64,000 nucleotides of DNA from NCBI RefSeq assembly GCF_000143415.4, contig NW_003314343.1, positions 56,855 to 120,854 on the forward strand, read 5' to 3'. A program made the position numbers and the translations under genes. Origin of the DNA: Selaginella moellendorffii (taxonomy: Eukaryota; Plantae; Lycopodiophyta). The notes beneath the pieces are model-generated. The model had not been told where the DNA came from, did not search any database, and was given only the letters and a program-made list of their open reading frames with translations. The stretch's first letter is position 1. Each line of letters starts with the position of its first letter. This document shows positions 27,158-40,100 of this stretch, piece by piece.

Positions 27158-30100
27158 ATGACCTTCAGGGTTGGGGAAAAGGTTTACATTTTGAATGGTG
27201 GGAAGAGAGTTGCAAAAGGGACCCTTGTGTCTATGGATCAGAACTTTGTTATACATTGTCAAAGGCTTGGGGAAGGCAATGCTGCTGTATTAGTAGAGAC
27301 TGTCTTCGATGGGAATGTGGTCGCTATTGAACGAGGAGAGATGGTCGTCGGGGTAAATGTTGTTGTTGCCTTGAAAAATCTTCAAAAGAAAGCAGATGTT
27401 GGGGACAGCGCAAGTGCGACGCATGTTCCCTCCGTGGATCTTAAGAACCGTGCTACATGGATTCAAGCGAAGGTGTTTCTAAACAACCCCAAGGGGGAGG
27501 TGGTAGCTGAGGGCTTAGCCACAGTTGTCGATCCAAGAGATGCGGTTGCTAATCAAGAATTGGGCTGGGATGATATTGGAGTTGCGATTTTAGAGGTTGT
27601 TGACACAGAAGAAAACAATCTGACTATTGGAAGCATTGTGCGGTGGAAATTGAGGCACTTAGTGTTTGAGAATGTGAAGGATTCACAATCAAACACCACT
27701 ACAACTGATGACAGAACATCTCTTCATGGGAAAAGAAAGTACACCTTCCTAAAGCGCAGCCAAAGGGATCTGAGCAACGAACCGAAAAGGTAGAAAATGG
27801 CGATAGAGGTTCGAATGGTCTCGACAGTTGCTTGTTGCAAGAGGAGGTGCTGTCAACATGCTGATTGGGATGCTATTGAAGAGGAGAGAGCAAGATACAA
27901 GACATTGTCCTGGAAGGCAGCTCGCAATTTTGTGTATGAGGCATTACGGTCATCTGTTGATGCTTCAGAACATCAGGTGGGGGGCATGGTCTTCCAGAGG
28001 GGTTTGGTCTGCATGAAGGCATGGAGAATCATTTATGGAGTCCCTGAACCACATTCTATAGAATCAAAACTGAGTTCAAGGAACAAAGGGTTCAACAGGC
28101 AGTCCATGGGAACGATGGTACGCACAAAACCAGGGGTCATGTTGTATATGGAGAGGCAATCTTCAAGAGGTTTGTCGAGACATGTAGCGAGCAACAACCA
28201 CATAAAACCCGCCTCTTGGAAGATGGAACACGAGACACCCAACGAGTTCTCCCTTCCATGTATACCAAGGGGGCCATATTGGAAGATGTGAATCGGGAAC
28301 TCCAGAGTAATGGCTACAGGAAGCTGAGCCAATCTAGATTTAGTAGATTGTGGAGCAACAAGTTTAGGGATGTGAGTATAGGAAAGTACTCCAGCTTTTC
28401 AAAGTGTGACGAGTGCACTGCTATCAAAATGGCTTTGTCGAAGAATTCTTGTAGCACTCAAGAGCGAGAGATGTTGGTTAGAAGGCGGCTCGACCACAAC
28501 ATCGAGCAGAGAAACTGCAGGACTGCATATTATCATAACAGGATTCTCTCCATGGAGAGACCTGACTCGTACCTCTGCATCATCCACGACAAAATGGACC
28601 AGAAAAAGACGTGCTTACCTCGACTCAATCCTGCCCCCAAGGCAATCTCTTCATCCATGCAGCTGCCTGTGTCTCTGTTTGGCATAATCGCTCATGGGCA
28701 TGGTGCCCAGAACTATGGGAACTTCTTTGTACCTCTATGGGGTGGCGGGGGTGCAAACATGATGATTGCGTCCCTAGCAAAACACTTAAGGTCTCTGCAA
28801 AGTGTGCAGACTGAGCTGAACGGCCAACCCTTGCATAAGGCCCTTGTCGATCGAACCCCATACAGGGTTCAGCTGGAGGAGGAGCAAAGGCTTGCAGTAT
28901 CGCGTGGGGCCCCATGCCATCTCAGTGAATATGTTGGCCGTCAGATTGTAGGGTTATCACGTGAGGCCTCATGCCATTCCGACGAGGCTGGTCGCCCGGT
29001 GAATGCACAGCCTCATCCAAACGAAGCAGAATCTCAAGGAAGTTCTTGCGGCCGATGTGGCCTTCCACCCCATCTTCTGCTCCAAACAGACAATGCTGGC
29101 AGTGAGAACAAAAACATGTACGTCTTCGCGTACTTGGCGATGCTTGTTGCCAAAGGCATATTTGAAACGGTTACACTTGGCTTTCTCATGGTTGGGCACA
29201 CTCATGAAGACGTCGATGCCATGTTCAGTCACCTGGCAGAGTCCCTCCGGCGATCTGATGTCCTCACCCTCCCACAACTCTACGATGAATTCCAAAATTG
29301 CATCAAAGGCACTGTTGAAGCTGCACTTCTGACAGAGGTTCCAGACTTTAAGGGGTTTGTAAGAGGCTACATCAGGGACGGATCCGAAACGCTGATTGGC
29401 CACTCCAAGCCTCTTCAGTTTCATTTCAGCATGTGTGACGGTGCTCCAGTGATGAGGTACAAGATGAGAGTATGGGACACAGTGTGGTTGCCAGTGGACG
29501 GCATTGAACTCTTCAAGAGAGATCCCATAACTGGGGAACCTATGATTCCTCAGGGTTCCCCACGGCCGATGCACCCGGATGGACTCAAAGACCAGGAAAG
29601 TATAGTGGCCGGGATTAGACAGCATATTCCCTTCTGGAAGAGGGGGTTGGTGTTTGGTGGAGAATCCTATTTTCAGAGGTGCAAGCCTTTGCTCGAATAC
29701 TGGGAGAAGATTATATCTGCTATCCAAAATGGGCCAGTTGTATATGAAGAATTGGAAGAGTCCTTTTGGCCAGAACCCAGAGCACCAGATAGTAGCGGAA
29801 CAATGTCCTCTGGAAATGCAGTGACAGATAACGATGTTGAGGATAACTATTGTGGGCCGAGGAACAAGAAGCCGGATTCAGCATTCAATCCAGTACAGGT
29901 CTGCAAAGGAATGGTCGTGCTTGTCAGACCCAGTAATAAAAAACAAATGATATGGGTGGGGCGCTGCATCACTGATGCAGAGGAGGACACGGAAACTAAC
30001 TCCTTCAATGTAACTGTGGAGTGGTTCAAGCCAAGTTCCGGATATACGAAGGATTGCCTAGAAAAGAGATGGGTGCTGAATCCAAGGGATCCCAGCATGA

Positions 30101-30225
30101 GCATATCGGTGGATAATGTTGTGCATGGTTGGATGCGGAAGCAGAGTGCCACCATCACCTTGCCAGACCATGCAAGAGATGCAGCAAGAGCATTCATAAC
30201 CCGGGTTCAAGGTGAGATTCATTAA
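27158..30225 (+). pseudogene. Sola-like DDD/E transposase, copy 1 (~1020 aa when repaired)
   Basis: Cys clusters CCKRRCC, CMKAW and SKCDEC. Catalytic-type motifs IHDKMDQ, QTDNAGSENKN and FLMVGHTHEDVDAMFS. TAG at 27791 and a frameshift near 28045; copy 2 is intact across both. Confidence 0.8.
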
Positions 30226-30938
30226 TATTCCTTTACTAAGTTTCTAATGTATTTTATTTCAAGGTGAACAATCCGAATCTGAATCAGAGGAGGCGTGATG
30301 GCATGTGGCCTTACGCCATTCCTAGGTGAGATGATACAAATAACAAGTATAAATTCTTAGTTGTTCTAGCAAATCTTACTTAAAGTTTAAGGTGAACAAG
30401 CCGAATATGAATTCATCGGATTGTTATAACAAATTGCGAGGTGATGGCATGAGGCGATACGCCATTTGAGAGTGGTAGCCATTCCTATATGAGGTGAGTG
30501 AAATATTTATTAGAAATACCTCATTCAATTGTGCACTTCTAAGTCTTGGTCCACTCAGTACTGTTTGCATGTTTCTATTTTAATTCTTTCTCTAAAATGT
30601 TATTTAGCATGTGGCTTCATGCCATTGCTCTCCACAATCATGCATTGAATTTTTCTATCCTTGCATAATACTTCTCCATATATATAGCATGTGCGCACAT
30701 GTGATATGGTTCATTAGGCTTGATATAGTGTGTGAGGTAAAACAAAGATGATGTGACATATGCATTTACCAATCACACATGCATAAATCTAATAATATGG
30801 CGTGTGGCCCATATTAATGGCACATAAACCCATATTGTGGGCTTACGTGCTTTATGTACCATCATTCCCTTGCAGCGTGTGTGTTGGTTTCCTTTTATAA
30901 CACAACGAACTCCATATTTTAGGGTGAAGAGCGTTTTC

Positions 30939-31196
30939 ATGGCAAGCACAAAATCTGTAAGTGAGGCAGAAAAGGAGACGGAGAAGGAGATAGGTGAAGA
31001 TGTAGAATATTTAAGTCTTCCAAACTCCCCGTACTATACTCCAAGTGATCATTTTTCTGAACAAACGGCAACATTAACAACTATCGAGAACGCCCCAGTA
31101 ACGTCAGAGACAACAATCCAAAGCAAAACAACTGACCCGGAGAAGGATGATAGTACCGCTGAGAGTACGAAAAAGGAGGTGTCCACTAGCGCTTAG
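30939..31196 (+). CDS. Possible small S/T/E-rich third gene (first exon) of the transposon
   Basis: ATG at 30939. The ORF is open in both copies (45137-45496 on minus), but the copies are young, so conservation is weak evidence. Confidence 0.25.
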   Translation: MASTKSVSEAEKETEKEIGEDVEYLSLPNSPYYTPSDHFSEQTATLTTIENAPVTSETTIQSKTTDPEKDDSTAESTKKEVSTSA

Positions 31197-31832
31197 GCTT
31201 ATAATGGCGTGTGCCCTCATGCCATTTACTTGATCACCAAATACCTTTTTCCCTTTGCACTAGTATATCTTAATACCGGTCTGAGAAATAGAATGGCATG
31301 TGCCCTCAGGCCTTTTACTAAATCACCTTTGAAAGAAATGCAAGCCTCTATGTCGTAAGAAAAAGGTACTAGAGAAATTCCTTAATAATATGAATGTTAT
31401 TTAGTTTCATGAAAATACACTAAGGGTCAAATGAGTTAAATGACTTCTCCAGACTAGCAATGCCTCTTGCTACACCTTCACAATTAGATTCGTTAGAAAA
31501 AGATAACATTGAATAATATCTAAATGTTCTCACCATTAAGTTATATGTCTAGCTAATAGGAATGACGTTCATCTTGGAAAGCTCACCACACGCTCAATGA
31601 ACAAATAAATAGTGTGTGCGCGCATGTCATCGCTCTTCTTTAGCTTCAGATTCGGCTTGTTCACCTTGACAATGAGATTTATTATACAACCAGATGGACT
31701 CAGTCTGGACATAAAGTCACCGCGCTAGTCACCATACCCCAGATATGTCTAGCCCCTGGACAAAAAACATATAACTTCACGTCATTTTCAAATACTTGAA
31801 AATTTGTACCTAGTCCCATTTTACTGAATAAA

Positions 31833-31856
31833 TCCCACTTTAATGAAATAGAGCTT
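31833..31856 (-). repeat. Right TIR, copy 1
   Basis: Reverse complement is AAGCTCTATTTCATTAAAGTGGGA. Confidence 0.9.
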
Positions 31857-31860
31857 TTAA

Positions 31861-33660
31861 AGTATAATTTTCTTACTTCATAATTTTATATCACCTGCTA
31901 AAATTAATTAATTATAGAATGAATGTTTTTCAAAATAAAAAATAAAAATTACCTCATTTCTAGTTTTAAATAATGTATTACACCTTCAATAACTTTTTGG
32001 GGAGTTATTTACTACTTGTTTCCAATAATTAAGTATGGGCTCCATTTTGATAGTATAACCATAGTAATACCTTTTTGTGGAAATCCTTTATGCCAATGAT
32101 CTATTATCTTGTGTAATCCTGGTATAACTAATAAATCAACCTTAGTTAAAGGTAATGGTTTAGGTTTACCAATAGGCAAAAGTGGTTCTTTATTTAAAAC
32201 ACCTAAAATCTGGCACTTCTATTATGAGATGTCCTTCAAGCCCATTAGAAATACAATTTTGCAATTGATGTATATAGGTGGGAATGTAAAACATGTTTGA
32301 TGCTGATGTGAATTTGAAACATGATTGAATAAAGCATCAACATCCTCATGCATATGCCCTACTATTAGAAAACTAGCAGTGATTATATTGAAACATCCAC
32401 AAGCCATAAGTAGGGATAAGTATGCAAATAACCATCGATCCACATGTTTTCTGATACACAATTATCAAGTTGTAATAAAATATTTAGTGGTATACTTGGT
32501 GCACTAATAGTTGTGACTGTTAAAGGAGTGCACGAGGTCTCATGCACTTTTAAATTTGAAGCTAAAGTCAAAGTATTTAGACTATTTTGAGATTTTGACT
32601 CTTCTTGAAGTTGATGACTAATAAATGCTTTGTTATCAAGCAAAGCATTATGCAGCTTTTGCCCTTCTATAATTATTCATTTTTCCCCATGCTTTAATTT
32701 TTGTAAATGTAGTAAAAATTTTGATAATGAATCAATTGTTAAATTTGGATCACCAAGCCATTGTGGAACAGAAAAAATGCCCATATGCACCAAATCTATG
32801 GCCATGTGCTAATAGTCCAAAGGGTGATAAAGGAAAAGGATATACTTGACTACAATCTTTTGGTATATGCTCAAGCCTTGATAAAGATGTTTTCTTATGA
32901 TCCATCTTATCATGTATAATAGATAAGTATTTGTGAGGTTGTTGTGTTGATAAAATACAATTAGCATAATAAGCTGTTCTTCAACTTTTTTGGTCAAGCA
33001 TATGATTATCTCATCTAATAGCATAATCTTGTTTCTCATGCTCTGATTTTGCAGCTTGTAAGCTTTGCTTTATAAGCTGACACTCATTGCATTTAGAAAA
33101 GCTGGTATGCTTTGCAATGATCACATCTGGATGTGATTTAAAAATTTTGTTGAAAGTTGAAAGACTTGCAGTCTTTAGCCCTTGTGTAAGAAGTTCTTCA
33201 TTTAATTGCTTAAGTATTGAAGTTTGGGTAAGCATGGCTGGAAGAACCTTTTGAGTATCTTGAATCCCTTCAAGTGTTGTCCTTGATTTATAGGGCATTA
33301 TATCACTATTAACTTCCACAAATGTTGAAAATAATTCTTGTAATACTATTGTGTTTTGTTGGGATTTGTTTTGACCTGAGTTGCCATGAAAAGCTCGAGT
33401 TACAGAACCATTCCACTCCATTTTAACTTGATAAAAAATGGATTTACTAAAATCATGTATAATACACCATGCTTTGGCACATATAATACATGCATTAAAA
33501 ACCATACCAAAATCTTTATCAATGTTTTCTGAACATATTATAGCATGGGAAGAAGCTTTGAAAATAAATTCTCGACAGTCGTTCCAACAGTAATTCCATA
33601 TTGAACTCCTTGCATTAAAATTTTTATCTCTTCTTGCAACTTCACAACACCTGATAATAA
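31861..33660 (-). pseudogene. Old, AT-rich relic of a related Sola-like transposase
   Basis: CAKAWCIIH, KHTSFSKCNEC, LLQLDNCVSEN and FLIVGHMHEDVDALFNH occur in the same order as in the young transposase. Many frameshifts. Confidence 0.8.
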
Positions 33661-34169
33661 AGAATTAAGTCAATAGTTATAAACTGTAATATTACAATAT
33701 TATATGTGTTTATTATATACCTTCAAGAGCAAGAGTAGAGACTTTTTTTTATATTTTCCTCAGCTAGTGATTGTTACTTATGTTTATGAGCTAGATTGAT
33801 GAAGAGGTAAATGTTTTATTTTGTATATCTTCCTAGGTAGAGCAGAAGAAGAAATGGAGTTACACATAAGTTTAGGCACCCAAAGAAGAAATACCTGATG
33901 TAGACGAAAAATAGTTAGGAATAGTTATAAAATCATGTAATATATAAATAACGTGCTAGAAAATAACCCCCACTCACTGTTGTATGCATTTGCATTGAAT
34001 TAACCATCTTTTCTCCCACTTATAACTGTTTATGCAAAGTAGAGTTAAGAGAGTGACATATGCTTATACATGCTCACATTTTTGGGGTTCAAGACTGAGT
34101 TCTATTCTATTCTTCTTCTTTTTCTATGTTCACGTTTCTGTTTGTTTGTCACTATTTTATAAGTAGGGG

Positions 34170-37100
34170 CGAGAATATGAGTATAGGCAAAAAAAGCCTT
34201 ACTCACTTTTGGCAACCACGGTGGGATAAGCTATCGCTTTTTGGCTTGGAAAATAGCCAGGAGAAAATCACTTGTGAATTCTAAATGTGCCCAACACTAG
34301 GAATCACAAGTAGATCTTTTTAGTGATTGCAGAGGCCTTGAGCCCAGACAATACTGAACAAAAGAGCTCTTTTTGCTATTGCAGTGGCTTAGTGTCCAAA
34401 CAATGCAAGAGAGACAGTTCTTCAACCGTCATACAAGTCATAGATTTTAGAACAAGTTTGAATTAGAATTTAGCATACATTGCTAAGAAATTTAAGTTTA
34501 AATTGTTTCGCCAGCAATTTTTTGAGAAAAATCCAAAAAAAGAAGGAATGAAATTTATTAGATATGGAAAACATAAACAACTACTATAAAATTCTTTCCT
34601 TCTAAGTAAGTTCTCACTTGGGTATTTAAAATATATATTTTTCAGCAGTGTATTACAATTTTTCTAGGCATACACAAACAAGAAAATTGGGCACTTGTAA
34701 CTTTTGTCTTCAACTCCAACTTAAAAAGAGTTAGAGCCAACTTTAGTGTAGAACAAATTAGGGAACTATTCACCCAAATCTTATGAAGCTTTGACAGAGG
34801 CAGAATTACAATTAGAATATTATGTTGTCTCAAGGCTTTAATCTAAGGTCTTTTAACTTAGACTACTACTTAGACACAGTTTGAAAGTAAACTTATCCCG
34901 AGTTTAAATCTCCTATGCATATTGCAAGAGCCTATGAGACTCGAACAAGACTTACAAGTCAAATTCAAAAATGGTTATCACAAACCCATTTAACTGTTCA
35001 AATCGTTCTATACCTAGTACACCTAGGTGAATTAAGCAAGGCTCATCTCTTATACATAAAGAGCTTACAAACACTATTCAATGTGAAAGGTGTTATTCTT
35101 TTATAAATTTTAAGAGCACTCACATCACATCTACCCCTATAAGGAGAAATCAAGAGCAATTATGTGAAATGCACTTTATATCCCCTGAATGAGGCATAGA
35201 CAAAGAGCAAATATACAAGTGAATAGGCATGAAAATCTGCCTTTTAGACTAGTTGAGAGATACTCAATTGCTAAGCGAAATATTCATCACTTTAGGCGTG
35301 AAACACCCTTTTCAATGTGTGAACCACCCTTTGTGAGATATAATTCACAGGTGTTTGTACCTCCTCATAGGAAAGAATTCCCACTTAGTGATTATTTTCC
35401 ACATAGGCAAAATTATACAACTACTCTAATAAGAGTTGCAGCTCAATTTCCATCTACGTTTAAAACATACAGATCACCCTTTGTGCTAATTGAGCTTTTG
35501 CCAAACAAAGCAATTGAGAGGCTTTACACTATAAACATAGAACAGAGAGATATAAAGCTTGCTGCTAGGTGTAGGCATTAGTTTTGGAGACACTTCTACC
35601 GTCACTTTGATCTCTAAAGAATTAAAACATGCTAAGATATATTAGAAAAAGGTTTTGTCTAAAAAGGTGAAATAGCCTCAGACAATCCCAGAAATTCTAA
35701 AATATATTGCAAAGCTCAAAAATCTATCATACAAGCTCAAAGACTTGTATTAACCATAACCACCCATTGGTGAAGAGGGTAGGGAGAAATTTGTCATGAA
35801 AAGAAATTTTTGTCTAGATCTGAAACAAAGTTTTCCATAAATTAACTATCACATGTTTGAAAAGCTATCTAATGTCATTCCACAAGCACATTGATCTATA
35901 ATAGACTATTATGCACTAGATATTTTAACTCTTGTGTTAGTTCCATAAGGCAATTTCACATAATGGTCTCCACGCCCCGTTCAAATTAGTCCTTAATGTT
36001 GATTCAATTTGCCCAAAATTTACCAAGAGCAATAGGCCATTCTTTCTAATTCCACAGTTGTAAAGGTAAGGTTGGCTATAAGTCAAAGGGTAAGACCTAC
36101 TATGAAGCAGGCAAACTACTCCAGAATTTGCTATCATGCGCTAGAGACTTTGCATTGAATTAATCATAACTATATTAGGCATGGGCCAAAAGGGGAGAAC
36201 CTCCTACACACCTAAGTGGAGAGATTAAGGATTGATGACCCTTCACTATTCTAATAAAAGTTCACAGTCCCGTCTTTCAAAGACTGGGCCATCTGTGCAT
36301 GACTGATCATCCTAGATCCACTCTTTAGCATCCTTAGAATGCCTATAGATATGGGGAACAATCTTCCCCAATATCCCTTTTTCAGTCCCCACTAAGTCCC
36401 TTTCCGTCCATAGTTGTGTTTGCCAACATTGCCACTGAGTCAAGCCCCACAGGCCCAACCACTATGTCTTACTAACCTCTGGGACTTCCTTGTTATATGA
36501 TAACATCCTTGGTCACCACACAAGTGAACTACTCCTCTCCCTTTCCATAGTCTAGGATTCTGGGATGACATTTCAAAACATTGCGGCCATATACGAGCTT
36601 CATGGGTACGCTTCCCACCATCTGCCTTTGGGTGCCCTAGCTAGGTGGCTAGAGCAAGGTTCTAATGAGCTATGCCAAGTATCCAAGTAAGTAGTTCCAC
36701 CCACACTTGGACTGGGAGTATGACCATTCGATCTCTTGGGGGAGCTAAAGCCAGCTTTTGAACACTTCACCAAACTACCTTATTTCTTTATCTATATTCA
36801 CTCTAGCCTTGGACTTCCTAGTAGTTATATCATCACCCAACATATGGGTAGAGCCTTCTTGGGCCACATTGGTATTTCCTAGCCAAATTGATTCCACTCG
36901 AGTCCAACCCCCACCCTCCCCTCGGGGGATGATCACTTTGGGCTTTCACCCAACAGCCTGTATTAGTATTTAGACTCGGACTCGGACTCGGACTCGAACT
37001 CGAACTCGGACTCAGTCTCGGTCTCGGTCTCCATCTCAGTCTCAGTCTTGGTTCCATCTCAGACTTGGACTTGGACTTGGTCTCGGTCTCAGTCTCAGTT

Positions 37101-40100
37101 CCATCTTGGACTCCATCTCGGGTCCATCTTAAACTCCATCTCGGACTCCATCTTGGAAAGAGCTTCAACCTCCACCCTGTTAATGTGTCCAAAAACGCCC
37201 CTTTGCTAACAACTCCACACCATCTAGTGGTCTAAAGACATATTAGGAGCAATTGGATCAATGAGTGATTGAGGCAGCCCCTTCATCAAGGAAAGGCAAA
37301 GCATTAGCTTCATAAGTCAACACAATTTTTGTAGCCAAAGAACTCTATAGACAACAGCAAAAAACTGCAACCACTTAAGCCCAAGCGAAGAAAAAGGCAG
37401 AAGAAGAAGACTCCATCTCGGGTCCATCTTGAATTCCATCTCAAGTCCATCTTGGACTCCATCTTGGGTCCATCTTGAATTCCATCTCAAGTCCATCTCG
37501 GACTCCATCTTGGGTCCATCTTGGATTCCATCTCGGACTCCATCTCAAACTTCATCTTGAGTCCATCTTGGACTCAGACTCGGACATGGACTCGGACTCA
37601 TACTTGGTCTCGGTCTCAGTCTTAGAGTCCATCTCAAACTCCATCTCAGACTCCATCTCGGGTCCATCTCGGACTCCATCTCTAGTCTATCTCAAACTTC
37701 ATCTCGGACTTAGACTCGGACTCAAACTTGGACACAGACTCAGACTCAGTCTTAGTCTCGATCTTGGTCTCGGTCTAGGTCTCAGACTCAATCTCGAACT
37801 CCATCTCAGACTCTATCTCGGGTCCATCTTGGACTCCATCTCGAACTCCATCTTAGACTCCATCTCGGGTCCATCTCGGACTCCATCTTGGACTCCATCT
37901 CGGACTATATTTTAGGTCTATCTTGGACTCCATCTCAAACTCCATCTCCGGTCCATCTTGTACTCTATCTCGGATTCCATCTTGGACTCTATCTCAGGTC
38001 ACACTTCTATGTGTCATGTGTTGGTCTTCTTGTGTCCCTTTTCTAGAGACTCACTTATTGCTCACTTCGTGCTCGTTTCTTAAGCACTTCATTGAGAGTT
38101 TCACTCCCGCTTTTGACGTTTCAAGTTGGAGCGTTTAATCCAAACGTGTTACTTTTATTTGGCTTCCACTTCAGCCACTACCACATGGCACCCTTTTTGC
38201 TCCACTTTTGGGGTTTTAGGATTTGTGTGTCACAGCTAAGTGCTTATTTATAAGAGTGACTGATAAGCCAATTTATAAGGGAAATACATTGCATACCAAA
38301 ACCCTGTATCACTCACTTCACAAACAAGGCATAATAACTAGGCCTGCCATAGTAGCAATGCCAACAGACTTTGAAATATATAGGCATAGACTAACAATTG
38401 ATTTTATCTATAAAGCTTTAGAAGCCATAGTCTTTATGCATATAATTGTCACTGCTTATACCAAAAAAGGTAATAGATATACAATATTTCCCTTACAATC
38501 TGATGAGCAGAAAGTAGTCTGAAAAGAAGTATTCCCAAGATCTAGAACAAGATTACAAAACATGATATTTGCGATTTTAACCTCTTTTTAAAATAGACTA
38601 AATCTTTGCTCAACCAAGCTAGAGAAAATTTTGAAAGAGAGGGAGTTGAAAGCATATTAAGTACACCTCAATGAAGAGGAGACAAAAAGTTCTAATACAA
38701 CTTTGATAATCATCTAGAATACGTGAACCAATATGCTACTTCTCCTTGGTAGCATCGGCACATAGAAAGTGCTTTTGCTTTAGCTGAGAGTAGTGGAACA
38801 CAAAACAACTAGAGTGATTCCACACAAGTAGAAGGAAAGTTAAATTTATAGCCTATACCTTTTGATGGTGATTTAGTTTCCCCTACAAACCAAACACTTA
38901 TTTTGCCTATACTAATTATAAAATAAAGCATTTCCTATCAAATTGCAATAAGCACGATGATAATTGTAGGAACAACAATAGGCACTGTCATCACATATCG
39001 ATCCTTTTTTAGAATTAAAGGAGAAAAACTACAACTACATATTGAGCAATACACAAAAGCAATCAAACTCAATCAAGTAGATGGGCAAGAAAAGAATCTT
39101 TTCCCCTATATGCTCAAAAACAAAGTTAAAGATTAGTACTATGACAATGATGTAAAAAATGAGTAGAAAAAGTTATCCTTAAAGCTTTCTCTATGGAAAC
39201 AAACCTAAGAGAAAACTATGATGAGTTGCAAAAATTTTATTAAGGAAAATCTAAGAAAATTGAGGAATATACAACTCAATTCGACAAGCATTGTAAGCAT
39301 TGTAAAGACTTAGTGTTAGACAAAATATGCCTACACCTATATATATAAGGCCTCAAGAAAATTTATCATGAATATGTAATAAAGAGAGCTTATATAGATT
39401 TCAATAACTTGAAAAAAATCATGATTGCTTACCAAGATCTCATAAAACAATATGATATGGTAAATATGGTGAAGTTAAACGGAAAAACAACCCTTATAGA
39501 CAAGGAAACCAATCGTCTACAAAGCCTCAAACTGCAAACTAATCTCAAACAAAGGATTTGGTGTACCAGTAAACTTTAGCTAATCAAGTGCCAAATTTGT
39601 GAAAAAGAGGGGCATATAGCTAAAGAATGTAGAACCTCGTTTAAATAACTAAGAGGCTAACAAACTTGAGTTGATAAAATAACATGTAAGCAAAGCTATT
39701 TATTTGACGATAAAATTTATTGTAGAAGGAACAATTACAGTGATAATTGAAATGCCAAATATGAATACCTACACACTGAAAGGCAAGATGAGCATCAGGA
39801 TTATCCTCCTAGAGGTAATTTTCAAGATTATCTATCTATCCGTGAGGAAAATAAGCCTAAAGACTATGATCAGCCTAAAGAATACAATCAACTAAGAGGC
39901 TATAATAGGTTTAGAGAATATGAAAGGCCAAAAGAGTATGACTAAGCTAAGACTTCTACTTGCTATCCTGGGCCATACAATCAAGATAAATCATTAAGCA
40001 AGAATATAGGCCCCCTAAGGATACACAACTTGCAATTAGGCATATTGAGGTAGAATAGTCAAATACAGAAAAGTTACCTAATGTCTGTGTCATAACCAAA

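Larger units (their letters stand above)
18332..31856 (+). mobile_element. Large cargo-carrying Sola-like TIR DNA transposon, copy 1 (13,525 bp)
   Basis: TIRs 18332-18355 and 31833-31856 match at 23/24 nt. TSD TTAA at 18328-18331 and 31857-31860. Contains a DDD transposase and a divergent cargo gene. A second copy lies at 44477-58162. Confidence 0.9.

Noticed and set aside
28969-30197. Long antisense ORFs overlapping transposase or cargo exons (e.g. 28969-29727, 53463-54071, 20537-20860)
   Set aside because: These are shadow frames of real coding sequence, with no motifs, and are often not conserved between copies.
18430-31632. Palindromic repeats as a CRISPR array
   Set aside because: Spacing is irregular (tens of bp to kb), the repeats lie inside introns and exons, there are no cas genes, and the context is eukaryotic.
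18332-31856. Element as Polinton/Maverick, endogenous virus, Helitron, CACTA or piggyBac
   Set aside because: No polB, capsid, ATPase or Rep/helicase motifs. The termini are not CACTA. The TSD is 4 bp but not fixed as TTAA (ATCA in copy 2).
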